Positions 40,401 to 54,149 are shown, counted from the whole stretch's first letter. The stretch is 63,578 nucleotides of DNA, filler included, from Platydemus manokwari (GCA_037951405.1; 6 parts of 6 records of this genome joined end to end with filler, not necessarily neighbours in it); one strand, 5' to 3'. Numbers and translations: made by a program. The notes: generated from the letters alone by a model not told the origin.

Positions 40401-42935
40401 GGATGAAAATATTACGTCGTTAGAATTTTTAGACCTCTGTTGATTATATTTGTTTGTGAATTTTTATCTTTTTAGGGGGTAGTCGACTCAGTATTTAGTT
40501 GGAGTTTATGTTAAAATTGCGTAACGTAAAATAATATTAAAAAATGTTGTCAGTAATAATTATGTAATAAAATAATTAAAGTTAAGAAGATTTAACAATA
40601 AAAATAATTAAATCAGGATATTTTTGGTAGAGAATCTCAACTGTTCGCTTTAAATATGACAGTCATATCCCTGTCGATTCTAATCAGAATGCTCTGGGTT
40701 GCGATAGGAAACTATCGATGCTGTGATAATGAAGAATGTGTCTTGAGGAGGCAACCTAGAAGGAGAAATATCTTAATTTTGATTAACAACAATAGGCTGA
40801 TTAGATGTACCGGGGTAAGGTTCCTAAACTCGTTGTTTATTCGGTCGATAACATAGGGCCTATCGTCTGAAGTGAAAAGGTGACGATCAAGAAAGTTATT
40901 ATTTGAGTCTCACAGTGATCGGAGTGGCGTCCGTCAGTTACGAGTTGCTTGATGGTTCGTTGGGAATCTTATGATGAGATTATGCGGTCTTGGTCGAACG
41001 TGAAAGCGTCACTATTGATAGTTCTTCTTATTATTGAATTTGTGCGGGTAGCTTTAACCGTCTGGGGATATATTGAAATAATAATAATGATTAAACGATT
41101 ATGATTTTAGATGTATAGCTCTTCGATCTGCGAAGCAATGAGTGTCGGAAGTTGTGTATAACAAATAAGCTATGCGAACGATTGCAATTGAAACAGCTTA
41201 TAAATATAATTATTATAAATATGATTATTAGTAATTTCCACCTTTTATTGAATTTATTTGGATCGTATAATCGTCAATTGCTTAAAATGTACATGAACTA
41301 GAACACAGTCATGCATTACTGTCGTTCATATATACAACAAATGTTATTAGGGTGATCGATATGAAATGCACAAGTGACTTCTAAAAATGTAAATAAGTGT
41401 AACTTTTTTCTTTGTTAATANNNNNNNNNNNNNNNNNNNNNNNNNNNNNNNNNNNNNNNNNNNNTTAATTAATTAANNNNNNNNNNNNNNNNNNNNNNNN
41501 NNNNNNNNNNNNNNNNNNNNTCTACACTCTTCGATTACGAGATTACCCAAACTTAAATAAAATTTCATAAATATAGATTTTAAAATATTTTTATTCTAAA
41601 ATCGTTTAAAATATATAAATTTGCTTCATACTCAATTATCTTCAAAGGTAATTTATTACGTCATATTTACAATTATCTCTTTAATTGTATAGTCAATATT
41701 TAGTAATTTAGCTTCATCAGATCAATTTTTGTGAGTGATATTTCTTCCACAAATTACCATTTTATGCTGATGATGTGTATTTATATTCTCTTAGCAAATA
41801 CTAAATTATATTTAATTATCAGTTTTTCAAAATAAATTATTTTATTTTCTTCCAGCAAATTTTATTCATAGTGATTTTCAAGATTATTCAGCATTTTTAA
41901 AGTATAAAGAATTATTTTTACGGTCTCTTATTTCGAGATCGTTTCAAGCTTGTAACCTATTTTTCATTTGCTTGAATAGTATACTATAAAAATAAGTTTA
42001 AAAAATTTATATATTAATTCCCAAATATTATTTATTATTAATTCTAGTTTTTCATCTGGGATAGACAATATAAAATTTCGCAATATGAAATTACACCAAA
42101 AAGCTCAATTTTAAATTTTAAATTCAATTACGATACATATTCATTTCCAAGATTTAAAAATGTATAATTAATATTAAATCCAAAAAATGTCATAACACGT
42201 GTCAATATAAAGAATAATGCTTTTATACATTTATAATAAATAGGTCACTTAACAGTATTAGGTATCAAAAGTATCGCATTCAATAATCTCTTAGTTATTT
42301 GCTTAATTCTAAGTTGATTACTGGATTCGGATTGATCAAGGCCTAGGTTAAATCGTTACATCGTATAATATTATTTTACTTTTTTGGGAATTTTTCGATA
42401 TTTTTGACAACTTTTTATGTATTGTTCTGCATTCATACACAGTTGCTCTAGTCGGCGAACACTGTCGACTCCATTCCTTGAACAGCATCATAAAATTTGA
42501 TTTCGAAGAAACTTCTGTTGAATTATTATTCTCATATTTATAGTATTAAGGAAATATGATAACACATACGTCTCATTTATCTTTCATTATTTATACTTTT
42601 TATTCTATTGTTGATAATAAATTTGAATTTTTTGAAAAATAACGATTTCTATCTTTACTTTCAGTGATTTTAAAGTAATTGATTCGGTATAACTTAAAAT
42701 GTTTAAGAAATTACTATGACATATTTTTAATATAATATATAATTATATTTATTCAATAATTTTTATATAAGATTAATACTCTAGAATTTATTTTTTAATT
42801 TCTTATGAAAAGTTATTGTTTTAATATTTAATAATTTTTAATTAAAAGCTGGTTTTTTAAATATATTAATTTTTATTTATTCGTATTTTAGCTATTAAAT
42901 ATATTTTGTAGTTTTATGATATTTTTTAGATCTAA

Positions 42936-44426
42936 ATGTATATCGATGAATATATCACATCAGAAACAGAAACATTCCACGAAATACTCAGAAGCGGTGT
43001 TACTATATTTTTGATATTTATTATTCTTTTAATAATAGCACATATTGTTGTGAATAAGTTGAAAGTCAAGCAATCTGATGATAGGTTCTTTGTTAGTAAA
43101 AGTGATCATTGTGCATATCAAGTAGCATTATTGACATGTACGTTTTCTCTTGCTATTACACTAGCAGCAACAGCTTTGCTACCGTTGTCTATAATAAGCA
43201 ATGAAATAATGATACATTATCCTAATTCGTATTATATGCAATGGATAAATACTTCTTTAGTTCAAAATTTATGGAATACAGTTTCATTGAGTTCTAATAT
43301 CACAATTTTCATTTTAATGCCATTCGCTACTCTTTTTTTGGATTCAGAGGGGTTTTCTGGATTAAAAAATAATATTCACAATCGTGTTATGGAAGCAATT
43401 TGTTTTTTTTCTTTCACATTATTTATGATATTAGGAGCTGTTTGGATTGTTTGTATTCCATTTCGAGAAAATCACAATCTATCATCATCTTTAAGAGATT
43501 TGTGGCAATTTTATTTGCCTTTAGTTTATTCAAGTGTTTCACTTATTGGTGTTGTTATTCTCTGTGTGTTATCTCCACTGGGATGTCTCAATTTTATTAT
43601 TACATTTTCAAAATTATTACAAAATCTTACCAGTCGTTCAAGTAAAACTCCAGATGGTATGCTTCAAATGTCAATGGAATTGAGCACTCTTGACAGAAAA
43701 TTAAGAAATATGGACTATCTTCATTGTTACGGAAATATCAACAAGAAGCAGATATTTAATATGAAACAACAACTACAATCTCAGACATGCAAAAAATATT
43801 ATTTTTTCAAACTTATATCCTTATTGTTGGTTATAGTTTTTACAACTACAATTGTGTTGTTGCTGATTTTCTATGTTGTTTTTAACACTGTTGGCATTGT
43901 TATTGGTCTTCAAGCATTACCGAAATCTCGAGCAGAAATTCAACTCGGTCAATATCCGTCATCTCGACTCGGTTGGTTTGGAGCAGCTGTTCAGATTCTC
44001 CTCATTCAATACTTACTGTTTAGTAGTGTTTGGGCATTGTATCAAGTCTTTCCAATGGTGAATTATATTCCCAAATGTCAGTCAACTGATATACAAGCAT
44101 TATTAAAAAACAGCATGTGTATATTGCTTGTGTGTTCAGCAATACCTATTCAGAGTCGTCTACTCGGTGTGACAACATTCAACCCACTTGGCACATTCGG
44201 TCATTTTGATTGGCTGGACTCGAGTGTGCTTGTTCTCATGTATAATATTGGTTTTCTAACCTTGTTATGCATCTGCACATTTAAGAAAATCGTTCAGAAC
44301 ACCACTCACAAAGTCGTTCTCGTCGATTCTATGAGACAAGTGATGACGTACCTGGATTCATCACCGAAAGTCGTCAAGATTTTGTCAAATAATCTCCTTT
44401 CAAAAAATGAGCTTAAACGAGCTTAA
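42936..44426 (+). CDS. LMBR1: LMBR1/LMBR1L (LIMR family) multi-pass membrane protein, single coding exon
   Basis: 496-aa ORF with 'CTFSLAITLAATALLPLSIISNEIM…YPNSYYMQWINTSLVQNLWN…FILMPFATLFLDSEGFSG', plus C-terminal 'SAIPIQSRLLGVTTFNPLGTFGHFDWL'. These match LMBR1-family signatures. Confidence 0.9.
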   Translation: MYIDEYITSETETFHEILRSGVTIFLIFIILLIIAHIVVNKLKVKQSDDRFFVSKSDHCAYQVALLTCTFSLAITLAATALLPLSIISNEIMIHYPNSYYMQWINTSLVQNLWNTVSLSSNITIFILMPFATLFLDSEGFSGLKNNIHNRVMEAICFFSFTLFMILGAVWIVCIPFRENHNLSSSLRDLWQFYLPLVYSSVSLIGVVILCVLSPLGCLNFIITFSKLLQNLTSRSSKTPDGMLQMSMELSTLDRKLRNMDYLHCYGNINKKQIFNMKQQLQSQTCKKYYFFKLISLLLVIVFTTTIVLLLIFYVVFNTVGIVIGLQALPKSRAEIQLGQYPSSRLGWFGAAVQILLIQYLLFSSVWALYQVFPMVNYIPKCQSTDIQALLKNSMCILLVCSAIPIQSRLLGVTTFNPLGTFGHFDWLDSSVLVLMYNIGFLTLLCICTFKKIVQNTTHKVVLVDSMRQVMTYLDSSPKVVKILSNNLLSKNELKRA

Positions 44427-44890
44427 TTTTTTTTTCAAACAAGCATTCTCATTCAAAGAAAAAAAATAATTTTTGATTTTATTTTTTTTTTCCTTTTTTA
44501 GTTGAAAGATAAACAGAAATATCAACAAAAAATCCCTTTAAGAATTGGTTTAGAAATTTAATTTTCCAATATATATATACATGTATAACAAATATATTTG
44601 ATTTGCGGATTTATTTTCAACTATTCGACAAGAAAATCGATTGCCGACTCGAATTTTCGATTCTTAGTTTTTAGTTTGAAATTTGGTAAAACAAAAAAAT
44701 CTAAGAAAAAAATTTCGAAATATTCAAAATCAACAATGTTTCCAATTGATTGGAATAAAACAAGATTTATTGTTAATAATAATAAAATTATTGAATTCAT
44801 TTATTGATTACATGATTGAGTGTTTTATCTAGATTGTTTGTAAAAATATGTTCGATTTGATTATTATTATTATTTTATCAAAGTAAAATT

Positions 44891-46021
44891 TCAATCAAAT
44901 CTGACATGTTTTTCTTGGCCAATTGCGTCGTTCTGTGTGGCAGGTGATGTATTGTTTATTTCGAAATTGTCATCGTTTCGCCAAAAATCGAATGATTGAT
45001 TTTTAATGATTGGTTGCATCAATTCTGTTGGCGATTCGTCTTCGAATTCCAGTTTCCAATCGCTCTCTGATGAGTCCGAATCTTTTTCATGTTGGTTTTC
45101 GTTTTTTTTCTTATTGTTTCCCCACATCAATGGACTTTTTAGAACTTGAACATGTTTTAATTTGTCCAATGGTTGGTTGTTGGCATGGTTATTCGAACTA
45201 TATTTACACTCATTATGATTATTGAGAAATTCATATTTTGGATGGGTAAAATGAATACAGTCTGTAATTGATTCTGTTGAATCGGATAAATTGTCAGATT
45301 TGATGTTATTATTATTATTATTATTGAAACAGCAATTGCAATGGTGACAAGTTTGATCACAATTATTCTTAGCCAACTCATCATGATGCATAAGGTTGCT
45401 CATTTTATTTAAATAATCGTATATACTTTGATCATTTGTTGATGGATTTCTTTCAGTGTTGTTCTTGTTGTATAAATTAATGCGAGGGATAAAAACTCTC
45501 GGTAAATAAGTTAATGAATTATTTTGATAAAATTTCAATCTTTCATCATCTTCTTTTTTATGTAACTTTAAGTTTCTTTCGATATACCTTTGAACGGATT
45601 GCTTTTGTCTTTGAGGAACTCCAAACCTTGGTGTTTGTGTCGCATTGGATACTAAATTATGCGTTGGATTTCTCTCCATTGTCAACGAAGTTGTTTTGTA
45701 ATAAGAGGCTGGAGATAGATTAAAAGGAATGTCTTCAGTTTTCTTTCTAGAATTTTTTGTTCTTTTAATTTGATTCTGTTCTACATTTAGCTTGGGTAAG
45801 AATTTTCGCATTGTATTATCTTTTTTAATTGTAAATGTATCGTTTAGAGAATGGCATCTCGTCGAGAATTTTTTCTGGAATTTCATACTCTGTTCATGAA
45901 AAGAATTATCTCTTTCTGGTAGTATTGGGTAATATATTTTTGAATTATATATAGGATGTCTATGAAAATTTCTTTTTCGAACACATTCACCACCAAGACA
46001 TTTTTTAGATTGAGAAGTCAT
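44891..46021 (-). CDS. 376-aa orphan, Asn/Ser-rich, likely disordered; ends in KHVRFD
   Basis: A 1.1-kb stop-free frame in very AT-rich DNA is unlikely by chance. No recognisable domain. Confidence 0.7.
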   Translation of the reverse strand: MTSQSKKCLGGECVRKRNFHRHPIYNSKIYYPILPERDNSFHEQSMKFQKKFSTRCHSLNDTFTIKKDNTMRKFLPKLNVEQNQIKRTKNSRKKTEDIPFNLSPASYYKTTSLTMERNPTHNLVSNATQTPRFGVPQRQKQSVQRYIERNLKLHKKEDDERLKFYQNNSLTYLPRVFIPRINLYNKNNTERNPSTNDQSIYDYLNKMSNLMHHDELAKNNCDQTCHHCNCCFNNNNNNNIKSDNLSDSTESITDCIHFTHPKYEFLNNHNECKYSSNNHANNQPLDKLKHVQVLKSPLMWGNNKKKNENQHEKDSDSSESDWKLEFEDESPTELMQPIIKNQSFDFWRNDDNFEINNTSPATQNDAIGQEKHVRFD

Positions 46022-46297
46022 TTATTAAAATGATTGGTAATACTTTCGAATGACATTTACAATATTTGCTTCAAAAAATAAACAAAATACATTATGTAAA
46101 TATCAACAATATTCATAAAAATTTAAAAAATATTAAAAAAATATTTTGAATTCCATTAAAATGAAATCTAAATAATTGTAGATAAGCACATTTATAAAAA
46201 TATTAACTGCTTTTAAGATAAAACAATATTATTTATAATTTTGTTTTAATTAGAAATAGTTTTGATTTAGAGTTTCTCAGATATTTGGATATTTACA

Positions 46298-46870
46298 ATG
46301 TCTGCAAGTAATGAAGTTATGGTCGAAATGAACTTATAAATTATCCTATGATGATATTTTAGTTATTCCCAGAAGCTTTTATTTATTGGATGAACTAGAG
46401 GAAGGTATGAAAGGTAAAGATGGTACAATAAGTTGGGGTTTAGTTGATGATGATGATCCAACTATGACTTATTGGAACGGAATGATTGTTGGTCCGTCCA
46501 AATCACCATATGATGGAAAAATATATTCATTAAAAATAGACTGCACAGAAAAGTATCCAGATGAACCACCAACTGTTCGGTTAGTTTCCAAATATTAATT
46601 TACTTAATCTTATTAAATTCATTTTCCTAAGATTTACTTCTAAAATACGAATGGTTGGAGTCAATGAGAGTAATGGACTGGTAACTATTTATTATTAATT
46701 TCTAATTAAAATTAATTTATGAATGCTAGATTGATCGTAAAAGGTTTTCAACTCTCAGCCACTGGACTCGCGGAAACACAATTAAATTGGTTTTATGTGA
46801 TATTCGAAAAAATATGTTGCAAAAAGAAAACGCTAAACTAACTCAACCAGCTGAATCGTCAACTTTTTAA
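46298..46870 (+). CDS. UBE2V: Ubiquitin-conjugating enzyme E2 variant (UEV1/MMS2)
   Basis: Exons 46298-46307, 46363-46579, 46632-46680, 46730-46870 (introns 55, 52, 49 nt) give [30 protein letters not shown]…WNGMIVGP…[38 protein letters not shown]…[29 protein letters not shown]. Confidence 0.95.
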
Positions 46871-49399
46871 AAGTGTAACTGGATGACAGCTTCATAAATC
46901 GTTCTGAATAAATGACATACATTTTCTTATCCTTTTATTGATTTATCAGAATTTATACACAGTTATATTTCCAAATTTCATTTTGCAAATGTATTTAGTT
47001 CCTAAATTTCAAGTTGAATCCAGTTAATTAGTAATAAAAGTCGCAAAAATTGTATTGTCAGTGTCAAATTATACAATGTTACGGTGATCATTTTCGCTAT
47101 TGAAACCCTATTTTAATTGATTATAGATTACATATTCGCTGATGTGGCTAGATTATTGTAGATCTCGTTTCAAAAAATAAAATATTTCATTGGAAAAAGT
47201 ATTTTAGACATTTTGTGGATATTTTATTAATTGAATTGGTGGTAGATAATTTTTTACAGGAACAACATTGCAAAATTCTAACTGTTATTTAGTTGTTTCC
47301 TGTGTTGGTAAATTCTTGTTCAAAGATAGTCATTTTATTATTTAGCTTGATTTTTTCTTTGTGTGGTTGGGTTACTTGAGAAATTTTTGAGCTTTAAAGT
47401 ATCTATCTAAATTATATGGCAATGTTGATTGATTTTAATCAAGTTCTGTAAACATCATTAATTCTTACCATCATTTTTCGTTTGCAATTGAAACAAGTGA
47501 TTTAAAATGTCTTGACATAGCTTCCTGTAGGTCACCTCTGTGTATTATAGATTTATGTTTTGTTTTAACTCGCGGAGAATTTTAAATTATTCATTGTTCA
47601 AATAGTTCGGCTACATATTGTCTAGTTTATTATTATTAGTAAGGTAATTAAGTATCAGTGACCAATGGAGGCAGATTTGTCTTTGTCGTGATATGATAGC
47701 CATGGTTCGATGTTTTTTGGTGATATTTTTTGCTTTAAGTCGGTGATTAATTATTCTTTTTCTTCAATCGTAATTCCATTTCGTTATGATGATCGATCTA
47801 AAAATAGTCAATACAGACAATATTGATATCTAAATTTATGGAAATTATGTCTATGAAGTTAATGAATAAAATTTCAATTCTATATATTTTTGAAATTACA
47901 ACTAATATCACAAAAATTCGTCAATGTTCGATAAAAATTATGTATTTTTAATATCAAATATCTCATGTCAAATCAACGAGCTTTGTAAATTATATTCTCT
48001 ATGATACTTGTTAGAAGATTAGTTTAATGTGATTGATGATTAAATAGATTTCTAAGCGATTGTTTGATTATTATGAAACCGTCGGTTTTTCTGTTATATT
48101 TATTTCAGAAATAATACTCTAGAGAACAAGTACTTATCAAAATATCACGGGATATCTTATATTATGTAGTGTGAAGTGATAATTTCATATTTATAAACCA
48201 ATTATTTCAAAATTAATTATCATTGATATGTGTGTGTGTGTTAAGTCTTTCAATAATTTAAATTAATATTCATATTATGATACATTACCATCCATGTTAT
48301 TTTATAAATCAAAGGTCACCAAATTCATTCACTTTGAATTCTATTTATGTATTAGATTAAAATTGTATAGGAAGTGCATTTGTAATTAATGATACTCTAC
48401 AGCTATGATAGCTAATCAATAAATTCAATGAATTTTTCAACAATTGTTAATGTAAAACATAGTTTTAATAAACAAATGTAAATTGTGGTATCCATATTGA
48501 ATACATTATCATTATTTTTTAATTAAAAACGTATAAAATATTCCAATTTTCAGTGTACGAAAACAAATAAAACACAATTAATAAGAAAATATTTATTAAA
48601 TAAGATTATCTCCATACAAATGAAATTGCTAAACAAAATAATAATATTAATTTGTAAATATGTATGCAATTGGTCAGATAGAACTAATTGGTCTTTATAG
48701 TCAAATGAAACAATTAAATATCATTAATTCATCACGGCATAATTAAAACAAAACAGTGTATGATAATAATCAAAACAATGCTATTTTATGGGCTTTGATA
48801 TATCCAGAGCAAAATACAAACAGAGAGAAAATATAATTGATCAATGAATCAATCGCATTTTTTAATTAATAAAAAAATGTTTGAATTTTTTTTTGTGATT
48901 CTAGGAAAGTACATTATTGATTGTGTGTACTTTTATTGACCAATCTGCAACTTTTCCCAAATTGTATTGCGGGTGATTTGCCAATTGAAAAATGTTTATG
49001 ATTTCTCTTAATATCCAATATGATTTGAAGGAATATGAATTAATGGATTTTTTCTTGAATAATGATAATTACTTTTATAAAACTGGAGAGAAATTTAATG
49101 AAAATGAAATTAATTCAATCGATAAAATATTTTTCTACTAGATTAATAAATAATCTCCAGTAATTTGATGGAATTTACCTATTAGGTGGTTATTGATTTA
49201 TAATGTGATTATATTTATATATATTCGGTAAGTTTATTTGAAAGTTAAGAATATAAATTATTATTTACAACAATACCATACATTGTTTACAACTCAATAT
49301 GTAGTTGATTGTGTGACAAAAACATTCAAAACACTTACTTATACCAAGGAATAACCCTCAGATTGGTCGATACAGACATATAGTTATCGCACCTGCCGT

Positions 49400-52300
49400 A
49401 ACAAATGAGATGATTTCAAAATGTCAATCCATAAATGGAATTCGATAGCTCGCTAATTTGTGAACATCAACAACAGATAACAAACATCAAGACACACCAA
49501 TGGTATGAGAGATAGAAATAATATGTTGATGGTTCTAACAAATAAAAAAAATGAAACTAGAAAAAAACCAAGAGATAAATGTAATTTGCTTCTTGTCAAG
49601 TTCGATATTCGATAGGACCTTGAAATTGTGAGGGTCCAAAGACCCAACTACACTGATGCAGTACAGACCTTGAAAATTGTTGTATTTTTCTCGTGATTGA
49701 AGATAGCCACTCTTGACGAAAGGAATCTTGAGGTCAACGATGTGGAATTGACGTTTGTTTCTGTTTTGGTACCGGTCCAAGTTTGTTCAGATTCCGGTGG
49801 AGTTGTATCGATGCCCCTGTCGAAGCCTAGTGATTGCATATAATTTCCTAAATGATTTAGGATTATCGCGTGGCGTTTTGAAGCTAGCCTCGAAATCGCC
49901 GAGCATTGGATAAAAATATGATTATTAGTTTCTTGTTCTGAGTTGCAGCTCCGGTATAGTGTTGATTTATTTAATTTGATAAAGTACGAGGTGTAATTGA
50001 GTAGTAGGAGGTTGTTATGCAAATAAAGGATGAATATTCAAACTTCCGGTGACAAGTGGAATTTCTTTAATGGTTTATGGGACAGATCAGAAGTGGCGAA
50101 ACTGTTGACCAACATTTCATTTTTTCATTGTGTACAAATGGTTGAAGAAGACACTGAATTGTGTAGGATATCTAAAACTTTGCCTCTGCTTTCTTCTGAG
50201 AAAAAGTATATCTGGTTCGATAAGATAATAATTTCTAGTTGGATTTGATCATTGTGATGATAGAATTTACGGTAAATTTAAAGGTTCCTGAGTTTCCTGG
50301 TAGCAAATCTCGTTTTGATTCACCAGGCTGTGGGAGTTCATTTTTAGTCCGATGCAATTATGTCTGATATCCAGGTATCGGTGGCTTGGTTGAGTCTGTA
50401 TTCGATGAGGTTGTTAAGTGTTTTATGATGAATTACCTGAATTGATAGTCCGGATTTGTTATAAATGTGAAGGCTTAAACAATGCAGTACTTCATGTGTG
50501 GGGTAGTCAGAACGATTCTCCCGAACTTGCGTGGAGAGTAGAGGAAGTAATTGTTGATAGATTTCAAGCCTTGCAGATTTAGTATTTTACGAGAGATTGG
50601 TCAGATCTTTTTGTAGAAAGATTAAGCCAGTTTGTCGTCTACATTCGTAATCAGAGTGCGAGAGTCGAGTTTAGTAGTTTCGACCTGTTGAATTCTGAAG
50701 TGGAACAAGAATTTTGAGTTCAGGAAGGTGCTGTATACTTGAAAATTTTGAGAAGGTGCAGTCTAGACTTCAAAATCTGATATTATCGTTTGAAGTGGTG
50801 CTCGCTGTGGACAGCCGAACAGAAATCGAAAGTACTTGTAGAGATTTGTGCTGTCAATAACCGGGACCGTTTCATCGAAAATTGCGAGATCAATAGAGCC
50901 CATTGGATTTTTGAAATAGTAATGATGCTTTGACACTTTTAAGACAAGGTAAATGTCAGTGATATTGTGGATGAGGTGAATGAGTCTCTGTTCAAGATTT
51001 TCTCCAAATTTTGCTATGATGACAATATTATCTGAGTGTGAAAGAGTGAAAATTGTCTTTGATGGATTATTAATGAATCTGGTAGTTGCGCAGAAGACTT
51101 GATGAGGAAGTTGATTGACAAGCAGAATAATGATAATGATAGTAGGCATCCTTGCTGGACATCACAGCGAATGGAAATTGATGGAGTTTTTAGATGATCA
51201 CAAGAGTAAGTAGATTTTAAGTTCTTTTGTAAGGTTTTTATTATTTAAACGTAGTGAAAGTTGCATCCCATATGGTATACTTGGGAATACTTCCTTAAAA
51301 CTGATCTAGCCGAGGTGGAAGTATTGGTGTTGTTGAATTGTATATTTGGATATTGTGATTAAGTAGGCATTGTGTTAGGCACATCCGTCAGAGGCGAACG
51401 AATAGATAGAAGGTTGCCAGATTCTATCCAGTTCAAGATTAGTAAATTCAGGACAGTTGCAAAAATTCGATATAATGTGTTCATTAAACCTATTGGGTAT
51501 CATGATAATATAATATGTGAGGTTTACTATTTGCTTGGTTTAAGGAGGGGTTGGTGTTGCTTTCTTCCTATTCTTTCAGTATGGTCTTTGTTCGTAGGAT
51601 TGTTGAAGAAAGGTAGCAGAATATCACGTTCTTCTTCCAGTCTTTATAAATGATGCCGTCTGAGCCTGTTGTAGATTTTGACAATTTTTGGAAGATGTTT
51701 GCAATTCCTGCAATTGTAATTTCTTTGAGGTTTTCGTGCCGAGGTAGAGTAGAAGAGAATTCGTATTATAGTTGTAGAGGAGCTGGAATTGTATAGTGTG
51801 CTATGATCTGTTCCAATATTGGCACAAATCTTGGCGTTGAGAAGGGAAGAATATTTCTAATTGTCTTTTTGGGCTCACTGAGAAATTTACTACGAAGTTT
51901 GAAATCTTAAGATGTTTGGCTATTGAAATGTAATACTGTAGGTTTGACATGTTTTTTTGTTGCAAATATAAGGGGTTTGTCCACGGACAAGTGTGTTCTA
52001 TAAATATATAGTATTTGTGTGAGGTCTGGAGAATCAATTTCCAGCAGCTTGATTGCTTCCAGCAGTAAAGGGCGTCTCATTTGCCCTGTAGCTGGTTCGA
52101 TGACATTTGATGTTTTTCTGATAATTAACTGGTTGGTTTATCAGTTTTTAGTCTTGTGCTGGTACAGATGCAGCATATGACATCGTGGTTTTGCAGAAGT
52201 GTTTTCGGACAATTGATGTGTTGGAAAATGGAAAGTGATAGATTTTTGGACATAAGTTGCACTGGGCATTACGATCAATGATTAGAGACATAAATGGCGA

Positions 52301-52470
52301 CATTGCTGGAGAACCGCCATATAGTTTCGATACCAATTAGTTGAAAGGAATGTGATCTGTTTGGATAGTGTAGGTTGATCTGTTTGATTGAAATTTATAG
52401 TTATATTCTTCTTCACTGCAGGCAGTATCATTTGTAGTTTGAGTGAGAGTCACATTATCGATGCAGATAT
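49400..52470 (-). mobile_element. Decayed RLE-type non-LTR retrotransposon (NeSL/R2-like), copy 2
   Basis: 'SKLYGGSPAMSPFMSLI…AQCNLCPKIYHFPFSNT' matches copy 1 (36700-36810). RT 'STYSCDHLKT…DVQQGCLLS'; CCHC-like 'SCNSEQETNNHIFIQC…RHAII'; endonuclease-like 'HIVDLKIPF…REKY…VVGSL'. Confidence 0.85.
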
Positions 52471-53331
52471 GGTGCAGAGGCAACTTGGTACGAAAAAAGC
52501 GTACGATTGCGAGCTTTTTTAAGTTGGTTGGTGGGTTGAGAAGACAATATTAAAACATATTATTCTTTTCCCAACACTTTAATGTTTATAGTTTTATATT
52601 CTTCAAAGACACTTAAAGTATTAAAACTAAAAATAAAAAGAGATGTTAATAATAAATAAGAAAGACAGAATAAAAATTATAATAAGGAAAAAGTAGTAAT
52701 ATAAATAAAATTGAGAAATTTTGCGTAGTAGATTAATTTATAATCTTTTATTGGTGAAAAATCTTATAAAAATAAATAAAATAAATGAGGAAATAAGAAA
52801 GTAATTTCCTGAATTGTTTAGGTGAATATTTTGTGACTGACAATTAATTTACTAACTTTAAATTATATAATACAATTTAATTTATGATTAACTTAAATGG
52901 CTTGGACCCAGTCTAACTATTCTTGGAATGAATACTTAAAATCCAGCTTCGAAAAATCATTAAAACTAATAAGCTCAACCACCAGTAATCTATTTAACAG
53001 GCAGGGCTGTTATTTCACAAGCATAAAAGACTTAATTTCGAATATTACAACATTAGATTACCATTTATAAAAATAACTTCATTAATTTTACCTGGTTATT
53101 TATTCTTATTTAATTTAATTTAATTTTACTGGTATTCTGAGATATCTTAAATCAAATCCTTAATAACATAATCAAATCATATATTCCGCACCAAAACAGT
53201 GATTCTATTTTTCGCATTGTTGCTAAGACAACGACCTAATTTTCTTTTGTTATGAAATTTAATTAAAATGAAAGTTATGCATTTCAATAATTTCATTTAA
53301 AAGGACTGTTAAAATGAGAGACTTATTTTAT

Positions 53332-53406
53332 AAAAATAAAAATAAAAATAAAAATAAAAATAAAAATAAAAATAAAAATAAAAATAAAAATAAAAATAAA
53401 AATAAA
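53332..53406. repeat. (AAAAAT)n microsatellite at contig end
   Basis: About 12 perfect hexamer units running into the N spacer. Confidence 0.95.
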
Positions 53407-54149
53407 NNNNNNNNNNNNNNNNNNNNNNNNNNNNNNNNNNNNNNNNNNNNTTAATTAATTAANNNNNNNNNNNNNNNNNNNNNNNNNNNNNNNNNNNNNN
53501 NNNNNNTGAAAAAAATTCAAATTTAAAAAAAAATTAAAGAATTAAATAAAAAGAATTTATAAAATTATAATACATTAAAATATTTGAATAATAATTTATT
53601 ATAGCAAATATTTATTTATAATTTTATACATATTGATAATTTTTAACTGAAAATAAATTAAGCAAGAAATTAAGAAATTCAACTCACAAAAGTATATTTA
53701 ATCAAAATATTGAAAAAGCCTTGTATAGTGATCAAATAAATGTTTATTTATTTTTTAAATCCTCATCATATGCTTTGGATCAAGAATTTTTGTGAAATTT
53801 CGACTTGAAAATTGTTTTTACTAATGAAATCATTTAAAAAAATTTTCTCTCCATATTATCTACCAAATTCTTTATTACGATTCAGCTTAATATTCTCGAA
53901 TTTTTTTTTCTGCTTCATTTATTACTTGGCAGTTTTGGAATATCTACTATTTTTATTTGATAAATGAATAGGGTTGGTATGAATTGGTTTTCTTCACGAT
54001 GGACTCAATGATGAACTCTCCATTATAATCCTCGGACACCTGATATCCAAAATGTCAACATAAATTTACATTAATAAAAAAAGGCGATGTTCATGAATTT
54101 CCACGACTGATAATATTAGAATAGTAATTTTCCTAGTTGTAATTTTTCA

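Noticed and set aside
45067-45085. CTGATGAGTCCGAA resembling a hammerhead ribozyme core
   Set aside because: No complementary GGAC-GAAA follows; it is the antisense of codons in the 376-aa ORF.
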